Part shown: in pieces, positions 38,027 through 47,050 of the stretch
How positions within the stretch are numbered: position 1 is the stretch's first letter
Layout: every line of letters begins with the position of its first letter
From: a virus
Length of the DNA stretch: 64,000 nucleotides
Virus record (IMG/VR): IMGVR_UViG_3300027804_002057
Reading direction: 5' to 3' (one strand)
Position numbers and translations under genes: made by a program
Notes under the pieces: model-generated
The model's database searches: none
The model's input: the letters and a program-made list of their open reading frames with translations, nothing else
Told to the model about the DNA's origin: nothing

Positions 38027-38863
38027 TTATGCTAATAAATGATAATATTCTTTAAAGTGTTTAATTCTATCAGGCAATCCGATAGTTCCACCATTTACTC
38101 TTTTTGTGATTTTAGTTACAACCACATCACTTGCACCTTCATCAGCCATCTTATGCAATCCGTTTTTAGAGAAGAACCAAGCTGCTGATAATAAAGCGTA
38201 TTGAGATGCTACCTTATCAGGATTAGCTGTCATATCTTCACCAATTGATTTACCAAATGCAGTGTAGTTATCTTTACCCGTTAATTGGATATAACCACGG
38301 CCTCTGAATTTGTAGCCTTCACCACTTGCTTCAGTCCCATTACCCATACGGTTTGCATATACTTTAGATGCAATCTTTTGTGGGTTTCTTTGATAAGCGT
38401 TTGCAATCGCTTCGGTTGGGAAATACTTTTTGAATATACCCATTAAACCTTTAGCTGAATAGTTTAAGTTTTCTTGTGTTGCTCTAAATCCGCCACTCTC
38501 ATGTCCACATTGTGCTAAGAAATGTGCTAATCTTAATGGAGTATTAATTTGGAACTTAGCCGCCGTATCAGGAATCATAGCGATTACTGCATCAGGAATG
38601 TGTCCTTTTAATTTATCCAATTTTAATCCACCTACTGGTGCTATTGTTTGAACTGGTGGCGCTGGTAAAGGTTCTCCTTCTCCCATAATTTTTGCCCAAG
38701 TTCCTGGTCCTACGATACCATCTGCAACCAAACCATGCTTAGCTTGGAATTCTTTTACTGCCGCTTCGGTTTTAGGTCCAAAGTTAGTTACTGCTGGAGA
38801 AATTCCTAACTTCTCCTGCATTAATTTTACGTTTTCGTTATTATCACCTTTTTTTAATAACAT
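38027..38863 (-). CDS. Endolysin: PG-binding domain + GH19 catalytic domain
   Basis: FGPKTEAAVKEFQ..HGL.ADGIVGP.TW; FLAQCGHESGGF, ENLNYS, FRGRGYIQLTGKDNY, TKRVNGG. Confidence 0.93.
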   Translation of the reverse strand: MLLKKGDNNENVKLMQEKLGISPAVTNFGPKTEAAVKEFQAKHGLVADGIVGPGTWAKIMGEGEPLPAPPVQTIAPVGGLKLDKLKGHIPDAVIAMIPDTAAKFQINTPLRLAHFLAQCGHESGGFRATQENLNYSAKGLMGIFKKYFPTEAIANAYQRNPQKIASKVYANRMGNGTEASGEGYKFRGRGYIQLTGKDNYTAFGKSIGEDMTANPDKVASQYALLSAAWFFSKNGLHKMADEGASDVVVTKITKRVNGGTIGLPDRIKHFKEYYHLLA

Positions 38864-38867
38864 AGTT

Positions 38868-39638
38868 TTAATATTTTTTAATTTCTTTGTACATTATAAC
38901 TTGTTTAGGTTTCATAACTATTTCATTCCATAGAGATGTCTTATTATCTCTACAATCTTCTACATTTCTGCAAAGATTACTTTCGTTACCAGGGTATGAT
39001 AATCTGAACATATTAACTGCTTTATTACCCTTATCAGTTGCGAATGTTTTTGCATCTGATTTGAATGCAGCTACCAATGTTCCGCTTAATTTTACCAATA
39101 TATTACTTTCCGGTCTGAAAAACTCTTTAGCCTGTGTTGTAAATCCAGATATTGAAAATCCATATCCATTTTGTACACTATCTATTAAGTTAATCAATCC
39201 TTCTTTAGATGTCCAATGTAATACAGTCACTTCTTCATCAACAGTACCATAAGTATCCATTGTGAATTCTTTATTTAACAAAAGATATGGTTCTATTGCT
39301 CCTCTAGAGTAGAAAAAAGCAATCTTATCATTATCTATATTAACTATATAATCTTTATAATCTTTTTTTAATGACCAAACTCTATGATTTACAAAGTCTT
39401 CTATAAAGTCCAATACTTTCTTTCTTGTTAAATCAGGAAATTGCTCAGTTTCAATAAATAATTGATATGAAAAGTATTTGTTAATTAAATCTATAAGTTT
39501 TGGGCTATAATCAATCGTACCGCCCCTAGTATCAAATCCATCTTTTTCTAAGGCAAGGAATTCATTACAAATGGTTTCCCATTCGGATATTGTGTGAAAT
39601 GAGCTTTCTGGTTTAAAATATCCTCTAACCTTATACAT
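38868..39638 (-). CDS. Hypothetical protein, possible ADP-ribosyltransferase-like C-terminal domain
   Basis: VLHWTSKEGL..L, SISGFT, WNEIV; function speculative. Confidence 0.55.
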   Translation of the reverse strand: MYKVRGYFKPESSFHTISEWETICNEFLALEKDGFDTRGGTIDYSPKLIDLINKYFSYQLFIETEQFPDLTRKKVLDFIEDFVNHRVWSLKKDYKDYIVNIDNDKIAFFYSRGAIEPYLLLNKEFTMDTYGTVDEEVTVLHWTSKEGLINLIDSVQNGYGFSISGFTTQAKEFFRPESNILVKLSGTLVAAFKSDAKTFATDKGNKAVNMFRLSYPGNESNLCRNVEDCRDNKTSLWNEIVMKPKQVIMYKEIKKY

Positions 39639-39652
39639 AGTAATTATAAATA

Positions 39653-40069
39653 TTACTGCTCTTTATTTTCACCCTCACCGAAATCAATTACTTCAAAAAC
39701 TCTTGTCTGAATCTTTTTTGTACCTTCGGCATTTGTTAATATGATTGAATTTTTGAATTTTTGCCAATTGATGACAAATGATGTATCCAACACACCACCA
39801 TTTTCTTCTTTAACTAATTCGTTAAGAGCATTAATAGTGTATAATGTATTAGATTCTTTCTTTCTGTGTATTAAAATTGTATTTTCCAACGGAGTTTCAG
39901 GTTGGAAAGCTGTATCAATGTTGTACGTGATGAATAATTCATCTAAATTCCCCTTATTTTGAAGAATATAAATGTAATTATAAACGATGTGATAAATTTC
40001 TCTAATTTGTTGTAGAGTGTTGTGTAACTCACCTTTCGTTGTAAACGTACATAGTAACTGTGTTTTCAT
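39653..40069 (-). CDS. Conserved-looking phage hypothetical protein
   Basis: 138-aa ORF with an upstream ATATTTAT motif. Confidence 0.7.
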   Translation of the reverse strand: MKTQLLCTFTTKGELHNTLQQIREIYHIVYNYIYILQNKGNLDELFITYNIDTAFQPETPLENTILIHRKKESNTLYTINALNELVKEENGGVLDTSFVINWQKFKNSIILTNAEGTKKIQTRVFEVIDFGEGENKEQ

Positions 40070-40133
40070 CCGCTTTTCCTTTTCTTTTATATCATCTATA
40101 AATATGAAAAAACGGATGAAAGGGTATTTTTAC

Positions 40134-43100
40134 TTAATTTCCGTATATGTTCTTATTAGCAAGTTCAAGTATTTTAGCAAATCGTTTATCAAGCTGCATT
40201 TCAAACTTAATTTGTCCACCATATCCAACACCATCTTCTCTTGCTACAATAGTTGCAATAGGAATAACTCTACCCTTTTTACCAGCTTTATATGCTAAGT
40301 AAGGTGGTTCTTCATTTGTTACTGCAAATAAACCTTGCTTAATTTCTTCAAAGTTGGATGTTTCAAATATATTCTTCAATACTGCTCTATCTAATGAGTT
40401 AGGTCCAATTGCCATAGATTCTTCGCCCTCACCAACTGCTTTTAATGGAAATTCCTCTCTAATAGCACCCAACATACCTTGCTTTAATTTAGGATTAGTA
40501 CCCAATGCTGTAATTACTGCTTTTTGATGAGTTTTATGAGTATCTTGTACACCCTGTAAATACTTTAACGCACCTTTATCACCTTTCTTAGCTGCTGCAG
40601 TTATTGCTGATAGGACAACTTTATTTATATCTCTAGAACCTTTTCCAGCTTTCAATTTATCTAAAGCTTGTTCTAATGTTATTTTTTTAGCCTTTACTAT
40701 TGATTGAAATTCTGAATCTTTTGCTACCAAACTTTGTAATTTTTTCATATTCTTTGAACCAAAATCATATAATGATTTTCTCTGATTCTTTTGATATACG
40801 TTTGGATTAATATCATCGGAAATATTTGCATCCCACTCAAATAATTTACCAGTACCAGAATTTAAAAAGTTTACAGCAGTTGATTTCTTTAAAGATACTT
40901 CATCTAAGATTTCTTGTCCATCTTTGGTTTTAACTTTAAAGTACGCATCGGTTGAAAATCCTTTATTCTTTTTATAATCTTTCAATCCCATTGCTTCAAC
41001 TTCACCTTCCGTATCCCAAGAACCAGCTATAATTTGTGCACCAGGATATTCTTTTGACAATCTATTTCTGATTGCTTTCCTATTGTTCATTGCGGCTTGA
41101 ATCCAACTTTTAGTTACGATTCTTTTTCCTTCAATTTTTAAATCAGGATTTGCTTGAATTTGTGCTTGCTCATGTGCTAATAAAGAATCAAAGAAAGCCT
41201 GAGCTTGCTTATCATCTAATGTAGTACTAATCATAGTCATCAACTCACCAGATTGTGCTGAAATTTGTCCAGCCCCACCAGGTAAATTTGAAAAGTGTGA
41301 CCATTTAGCAGTTTCATTTGTTGCTTTAGTATTCATCATTCTTTCCAAAGCTTTCAAATGTCTTGGTGGAACTTTTGTACCAGCATATAATTCTTTTGGT
41401 AATTTATATGGTGGTGGTGGAGGTCCCACTTCATATTTTTTATTTTTGATAGCAAATTCATTATCATCTGGAATTTGCTTTTGTGTAAATTGTTTTGATT
41501 TTAAAGTATCTATCTTAGTAAGTGTTTTATCTTTGCCACCAATTATTCTAGAACCTTTAGCTGGTTTAGCAGCTGGTGTTGGTTCTGATACGGGTTGTGG
41601 TTTTGCTGCAGGTTTTTCTTTACTTAATCTTTTTTGATATTCCGCATCGCCGGTAAACATATTTTGAGTTGCTGCTTGCGGTTTAGCTTGACCTTTTTTA
41701 GCTTTAGGGTCTTCGTGAGTACCACCTTTAATAGCTGCATCTTTTGATTGCTTACTTTTAAAGTAAACTAACTTTCCAGTTTCTTTACTTCTAGCTGCCA
41801 ACTTAGGGTCACCTGTTGCTTCATCAATGAAACCATAAATCATTTCTAACATTAATTCATTTGATAAATCCAAATGTTCTTCTTTCATTTGCGGAGTTTC
41901 CATATTATCTTCCCCTTGTGTTTTTTTCTTTTGTTCATATGAATCAATCATATCTTCCATTTGCTCAGGACTGATTTCCATTTCTTCTAAACCTTTTGAA
42001 ATCATTTCAGCAAATTTTTCCATATTTGCATCCATTTCCGCATCACCATCTGCATCAGCAAATAACGCTGCTCTACCAGCTCCCTTCAATATAGTTTCAC
42101 CAACAACGTGTGGTATAAATTCCATAGCAACGTGCTTACCAAATGCGGCCGCACCATGTCCTAATCCACCCATTGCTGCTCCAAAAATTGCAGTAGTTGC
42201 TATCTTAATACCAACTGCTTTAAGTGCATCTTTTTCGTGGTCATTAAGTTTTTTACCACTAAAGAATTTACCAACACCTTCTCCAGCAGTTTTGAATTCA
42301 TGTACTTCATGCTTCATTCCATCTTTTACTGCTTTCCATGCTCCCTTAGCTTTATCTTTAATAGCTTGTGCTAAAGTTCTTCTTGGTTCTGACCCAGCTT
42401 TGTAATATCCTTTTTCAAAGTATTCTTTTTCTTCTGCTGTCCATTTTTCAATCTTACTCTTAATTTTATCAGTAATACCAGTCTTATCTAAAGATGATAC
42501 TTGCTTTGGTGCCGCATCAGGAGTTTCTTTATTAGCATCTGCTTTTTTAGCTGCTATACCCATATCTTCTGCAAACTTATTTGCCATTGGAATAGCATCT
42601 TTAATATCTTGGTCTAACACCTGAACTTTCATCGGAATTTGTTTTTCCGGATGTTTAGCGTTGTAAGCTGCTACTGCCGCCCAACGGTGATGTCCATCAA
42701 TTACATATCCATCTCTACTCACATATATTGGTGCGGTAATTTTTTCGTGTTGTGGGTCTTTCTCTAATGCCCCCATCATTCCTACTACTTTAGCACCAAC
42801 CAATTCGGATTGAGTTGCTTTTAATTTATCAGCAGGAACTTCAGTTTGAGTTACCTTAATATTTTTTTGCTTCAACATTTCTCTAAACACAGGCTCAGTA
42901 TCTACTTCACCACTCTTATCAACTGGCATATTTGCTGCTTTAGTTCCAGGTTGTGCAGTTCCTTTAAATTGTGGCATTTCTGAACGTGGAATACCTAAGT
43001 TATCATCACAATATAAGTTAGTACCAGGTACAGTTATTTGACATAAATTAATGTTTGGTGCTTTCTCACCTTTAGAGATTGCATCATCAACCATTTTTTG

Positions 43101-44249
43101 TACCTTAGTAATATCCGTATTGAATTTTTCTAAATCTTTTGAGTCAACTCCATCTGGAATATCAGATTGTCCGCCAAATGTTTCTGGGTCAGCTTGTGGT
43201 ATTTCCTTTTGAACATCTTGAGTTGGAATTGGATTAAACTCTTTTGAATCTGATTTTGCTTTATCTTTACTTAAATCAAATTCATCTTCAGGTTGTTCAC
43301 CATATTTGTTTTCATATTCACCTCTCTTACTAACATATTCATCAGACCACATTTGCTCTGCTTCTTTATCACCTTCTTTTTTAGCTCTAGCAATTCTTGT
43401 TTGAGTATATTTCAATGCAGCTGCTTCAGCTCCCTTTTCATCACCAGCAGCCTTAGCATCTGCTACCGCATTTCTTTCTTTATCTTCTTCTGCTTTAAGT
43501 TCATCTGCATTTAATGATAATTTATAAAAATCATATCCCTTTGCTTTAGCTTTTTGAACCTTATCGCCGGCTTGAGCTTTGAAATCAGATTGTGCTTTAT
43601 CAGCTTGTGCTTTAAAATCATCTTGAGCTTTTTGAGCTTGTGCTTTAAAATCAGCTTGTGCCTTTTCAGCATCTTTTGCAAATTGAGCTTGTAATTCTTT
43701 TTCTTTATCTAAACGAGCTCCCATAGCAGGGTCTGCTTTTGGGTCATACATTGGTGCTGCTTTTTTGATTGGGTCTTCTTTTGGAGCTTCTTCACCACCA
43801 CCTTTACCATCCTTTGGTTCTTCCGGTTTTTTAGGTTGACCCTCACCACCCAAATCTTTATTAATAGCATCTCTTTCCGGTGTACCATCTGCTGGTAAAG
43901 TTCTTTCTGCAGCCTGTCTACCAGGGTGGTCAGCCGGTAATCTTAAAAGATTTCCAACCAATCCTTCCGCATCTTCACCTTTTGTATTTTTATATTTAAT
44001 AGATTTATTTAAAGCAGGATTTGAGAAGTTTCCTTTTTCAGCTTCAACAACTTTTTCTGGAGTTTTTCCCTTTTCCATCAAAAGGTTTTCTACCAACACA
44101 TCTTCGATATGAGATAATCCCATTTCAGAAAGTACAAATCCCAACTCCTTTAAGTGGGTTGGGTTCTTTGGATTTGGCATCCCATCATCAACTCGGAACG
44201 CCCATTCGGAAAGTATTTCGTTTATTAATTCAGATAAATTCATATTCAT
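40134..44249 (-). CDS. 1371-aa multidomain protein with ParB/Srx-like and probable PD-(D/E)XK-like domains
   Basis: PIYVSRDGYVIDGHHRWAA; STDAYF...EVSLKK; KAQ.DF repeats; Gly/Ala-rich hydrophobic segment. Confidence 0.75.
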   Translation of the reverse strand: MNMNLSELINEILSEWAFRVDDGMPNPKNPTHLKELGFVLSEMGLSHIEDVLVENLLMEKGKTPEKVVEAEKGNFSNPALNKSIKYKNTKGEDAEGLVGNLLRLPADHPGRQAAERTLPADGTPERDAINKDLGGEGQPKKPEEPKDGKGGGEEAPKEDPIKKAAPMYDPKADPAMGARLDKEKELQAQFAKDAEKAQADFKAQAQKAQDDFKAQADKAQSDFKAQAGDKVQKAKAKGYDFYKLSLNADELKAEEDKERNAVADAKAAGDEKGAEAAALKYTQTRIARAKKEGDKEAEQMWSDEYVSKRGEYENKYGEQPEDEFDLSKDKAKSDSKEFNPIPTQDVQKEIPQADPETFGGQSDIPDGVDSKDLEKFNTDITKVQKMVDDAISKGEKAPNINLCQITVPGTNLYCDDNLGIPRSEMPQFKGTAQPGTKAANMPVDKSGEVDTEPVFREMLKQKNIKVTQTEVPADKLKATQSELVGAKVVGMMGALEKDPQHEKITAPIYVSRDGYVIDGHHRWAAVAAYNAKHPEKQIPMKVQVLDQDIKDAIPMANKFAEDMGIAAKKADANKETPDAAPKQVSSLDKTGITDKIKSKIEKWTAEEKEYFEKGYYKAGSEPRRTLAQAIKDKAKGAWKAVKDGMKHEVHEFKTAGEGVGKFFSGKKLNDHEKDALKAVGIKIATTAIFGAAMGGLGHGAAAFGKHVAMEFIPHVVGETILKGAGRAALFADADGDAEMDANMEKFAEMISKGLEEMEISPEQMEDMIDSYEQKKKTQGEDNMETPQMKEEHLDLSNELMLEMIYGFIDEATGDPKLAARSKETGKLVYFKSKQSKDAAIKGGTHEDPKAKKGQAKPQAATQNMFTGDAEYQKRLSKEKPAAKPQPVSEPTPAAKPAKGSRIIGGKDKTLTKIDTLKSKQFTQKQIPDDNEFAIKNKKYEVGPPPPPYKLPKELYAGTKVPPRHLKALERMMNTKATNETAKWSHFSNLPGGAGQISAQSGELMTMISTTLDDKQAQAFFDSLLAHEQAQIQANPDLKIEGKRIVTKSWIQAAMNNRKAIRNRLSKEYPGAQIIAGSWDTEGEVEAMGLKDYKKNKGFSTDAYFKVKTKDGQEILDEVSLKKSTAVNFLNSGTGKLFEWDANISDDINPNVYQKNQRKSLYDFGSKNMKKLQSLVAKDSEFQSIVKAKKITLEQALDKLKAGKGSRDINKVVLSAITAAAKKGDKGALKYLQGVQDTHKTHQKAVITALGTNPKLKQGMLGAIREEFPLKAVGEGEESMAIGPNSLDRAVLKNIFETSNFEEIKQGLFAVTNEEPPYLAYKAGKKGRVIPIATIVAREDGVGYGGQIKFEMQLDKRFAKILELANKNIYGN

Positions 44250-44857
44250 TAAAATTTGTGGTCAGCTGGTTCACATACCATTTCTAATTCGTCCCAATGA
44301 AATTTTGGTCTTTCATTTAGAAATACAAAACATTTCCATTTGTTTGATTTTTCAAAATAAACGTGTTTTTGTAAATGTGATGGGATTGCTGCCCCAGTTG
44401 GTACTCTTTTAACCGGAGTATCAAAGAAAGTTTTTACTAAAACGGTGATTGGTTCTACATCATCCCACTTACGAATTTGTTCTTCTAACATTCTCCACTC
44501 ACCTCTATTAAGATATTGATTTTGCATTATTGAATTTAGGTATGAAAACGTCTGCTTCAAATTAGCTTCATTATCAGAAAATGTTGCTGCCGGTGCTCCA
44601 TGTCCTTTATCGTAAATGTTACCTTTGTAATCTTCACCATCTGAAGTTTTGATTCCCTTTTCAGTATAGAAATCCATATGACCTCTATTAACATTTGTAG
44701 GTCTATTGGTTGAACGATATTTAATAATTAGTGGTTGCTCTAAAGATTGTGAATAAAGTATATCAAACACTTCATTTTTTACTCTCACATCAGGCAATTG
44801 TCCAAATGATGTTAAGGAAACGATTAAAAACGATAAAAGGAACATTAATTTCTTCAT
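44249..44857 (-). CDS. DNA/RNA non-specific endonuclease (NucA/EndoG-like) with signal peptide (start moved to MKKLMFL)
   Basis: YDKGH.APAA, TFSYLN...Q...LNRG.W..LE; N-terminal MKKLMFLLSFLIVSLTSFG-Q. Confidence 0.88.
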   Translation of the reverse strand: MKKLMFLLSFLIVSLTSFGQLPDVRVKNEVFDILYSQSLEQPLIIKYRSTNRPTNVNRGHMDFYTEKGIKTSDGEDYKGNIYDKGHGAPAATFSDNEANLKQTFSYLNSIMQNQYLNRGEWRMLEEQIRKWDDVEPITVLVKTFFDTPVKRVPTGAAIPSHLQKHVYFEKSNKWKCFVFLNERPKFHWDELEMVCEPADHKF

Positions 44858-44895
44858 ATTATAGCATATTTTTGTATATACTATAAATATACTTC

Positions 44896-46179
44896 TTAAA
44901 GGTTTCCGTAAGTTTTTCCCCAACTTGCTTTAACAGGAAACCCACCTTCTTCGATTATCTCTTTTAATCCCTTAATTGATTCCTTATCAACATCAGCAGG
45001 TACATCAAATAGAAACGAGTCATAAGTGTACAAGTCTAATGTAATATCAGTACCCTTAATGTAATCCAATATCCTTCTCATTTTCTCTACATTCATCTCA
45101 GTCTCAACGGCTTGTAGTAGATAGTTAAATACTTTTTGAGGATTAGCCCCTTCAATCCACTCCAACGGAATCTCTCTATGTGGTGTTTGTAGGAATCCCC
45201 TCTTTTGAGTTTCCATCCACATCTCATCAATATAATCAGCTACGGCTTTAAAATAAGGAATTTGTTTGAAATCATCATCAATACCACCATACAATAATTG
45301 GAATGTAACTCCTTTAGATTCCTCAACACTACATCCATATTGGTCAGCTAACCATTGGTGTACATTACCATCCGGCATATCAAACTTTACTAACTTACCA
45401 ATTAGTCTTGGGTGGTATGCGTTATAATCCATTTGTAGATAAATACCATCGGATACAAAACAATCTCTACTACCATCCGATTTATTGAGAGCGGCATAGT
45501 TCACACCACCATGTCTATTGGATGGTCTACCAGTTACAGTGAACGGATTGTATTCGGTGTACACTAAGTTATCTTTGGATACTTGCTTTTGGGCTTGAGG
45601 CCATCTATCAATAAATTTTTCCCTATCGACACGAATCCCAAATCGTTCAATTTCTGAAAGGGTGGGAATGAAAATATCGTTGTACCAATTGTAAGTTTTA
45701 GTTTTTTGTCTATACGTTTTTCTTAATTCGGGTTCTATTGCTTCCGCAAGTTTAAGAATGGGAATAGATTGAATGATGTCTTCTTTGTAACCCTTATGAA
45801 TAAAGGGAGCTACTAAGTGTTGTATTGGTTGTTGATAGTCTATTGTTTCACCATGCTTTAAGAAGTAAGCGGTGTCAACATCATTCAATCCTTCCCTAAG
45901 TGTAACAAAAGATTGTAGTAGCTTTTTCTTTTGGAATACCCACTTTTCACCGGCAGTATTCAACAACCCAGCTATTTGCTCATTAGAGAGTGATAGAGCG
46001 TCTGTGTGTTGTTGTGGTACAATATACTTGTCCGATTGGGTTCTAACGAATATAAACGAAATAGGAGTGTTTTGCGGATGCTTATCATTATCCACCCACA
46101 AAGGATACCAAATAGAAACTTCAGTTTCCAGCTTTTCCTTTAGTTCGTTCAATTCATCAATAGACTCAACAATTCTCAT
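44896..46179 (-). CDS. Minimal family-A DNA polymerase-like protein
   Basis: TVTGRPS, motif A MDYNAYHPRL, motif B SK..TFQLLYG, NYLLQA, motif C YDSFLFD; ATG at 46179 follows a promoter. Confidence 0.82.
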   Translation of the reverse strand: MRIVESIDELNELKEKLETEVSIWYPLWVDNDKHPQNTPISFIFVRTQSDKYIVPQQHTDALSLSNEQIAGLLNTAGEKWVFQKKKLLQSFVTLREGLNDVDTAYFLKHGETIDYQQPIQHLVAPFIHKGYKEDIIQSIPILKLAEAIEPELRKTYRQKTKTYNWYNDIFIPTLSEIERFGIRVDREKFIDRWPQAQKQVSKDNLVYTEYNPFTVTGRPSNRHGGVNYAALNKSDGSRDCFVSDGIYLQMDYNAYHPRLIGKLVKFDMPDGNVHQWLADQYGCSVEESKGVTFQLLYGGIDDDFKQIPYFKAVADYIDEMWMETQKRGFLQTPHREIPLEWIEGANPQKVFNYLLQAVETEMNVEKMRRILDYIKGTDITLDLYTYDSFLFDVPADVDKESIKGLKEIIEEGGFPVKASWGKTYGNL

Positions 46180-46184
46180 ATACA

Positions 46185-46215
46185 CAAATATACGAAAATT
46201 AGTTCAATTGGCAAA
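46185..46215 (-). promoter_or_regulatory. Bacteroidota-type promoter for the mini-PolA
   Basis: TTTG-N19-TATATTTG, 5 nt before the ATG. Confidence 0.72.
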
Positions 46216-46216
46216 A

Positions 46217-46615
46217 TTATTTTTGAAATATATCGGATATATCAACTACCCATAGCTTTGGGTCATATCCAAACTTTACTAAACCAGAGAGTCTAGTATT
46301 ACCAGCTACCAAATCATAATCGGTATCTGAAAACTTAACTACGATTGGATATTCTACCAAACCATCGTTAATATATTGAAGAACGAACTTTTTCTTTTTT
46401 GCATTAAGTTCATCAAAGTTTAAGTCTACATTTCCTAATACATTTTTTATATCAGAAAATTTTACTATGTATCCTTTTTTACCTCTCTTAATCCATTCAA
46501 GTCTTCCCATTTCAACAAATTCAGGATAGCGTTCAGCTTCTTCCCATTCCGAATCAAAATTTGGATGGATATATCTTATTTCCTTTTGTTCAGGTAAAAG
46601 TGATTTTAATTTCAT
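46217..46615 (-). CDS. Small ParB/Srx-like domain protein (start moved to MKLKSLLPE)
   Basis: YPIVV...YDLVAGNTRL; the longer ORF-track start lies inside the tmRNA. Confidence 0.65.
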   Translation of the reverse strand: MKLKSLLPEQKEIRYIHPNFDSEWEEAERYPEFVEMGRLEWIKRGKKGYIVKFSDIKNVLGNVDLNFDELNAKKKKFVLQYINDGLVEYPIVVKFSDTDYDLVAGNTRLSGLVKFGYDPKLWVVDISDIFQK

Positions 46616-46625
46616 ATCAATAAAT

Positions 46626-46664
46626 ATAAAAAATCCCAAACTACCAAATAATAGTTCGGGATTT
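46626..46664 (-). terminator. Intrinsic terminator directly after the tmRNA
   Basis: AATCCCGAACTA-N8-TAGTTTGGGATT followed by a T-run. Confidence 0.8.
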
Positions 46665-47037
46665 TGGTGGAGATGACCGGAGTCGAACCGGTGTCTTACG
46701 AAGTAATCATAATACCAGCATATCACACGTTTAGGATAAGGTTTAATCTTATTCACCTTCCAAAATAATTGGGGCCGAATGGTTAGTTCAGCGCTTCCAC
46801 CAACCGATTTAAAGTTTCGGTAAACTTAATGTTCACTTCTTTTTAAATTCCACGAGTGATGCGGAAGGGATTAGGCTGCTACAGCGTAATCAGCACCTAC
46901 GAATGCCATAAGGTCATCGAAGGTCCAAGTAGATAATTCTACGTCATTTATTGTTTTGCGCAGATTTAAAGAGCTCTAGCACATCTCTCTACGTGTGGTA
47001 CTACCATTCGCATCGCAATCAATACCAAGGCATCCCC
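46665..47037 (-). ncRNA. ssrA: Transfer-messenger RNA (373 nt); tag ORF 46945-46871 encodes DVELSTWTFDDLMAFVGADYAVAA
   Basis: 5' GGGGATG pairs with 3' CATCTCC-A-CCA including the G3-U Ala determinant; T-arm ACCGG-TTCGACT-CCGGT; ATAAAT before a G-starting resume codon; tag ends YAVAA-stop. Confidence 0.95.
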
Positions 47038-47050
47038 ATATTAATAAATA

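Noticed and set aside
46665-46700. tRNA gene or prophage attachment site suggested by the T-arm and CCA
   Set aside because: It is the 3' end of the tmRNA (matching acceptor half 370 nt away, with tag ORF). No integrase, duplicated 3' end or host-like flank is present.
46616-46756. N-terminal extension of ORF 46217-46756
   Set aside because: Overlaps the tmRNA 3' end and its terminator; the ATG at 46615 is the plausible start.
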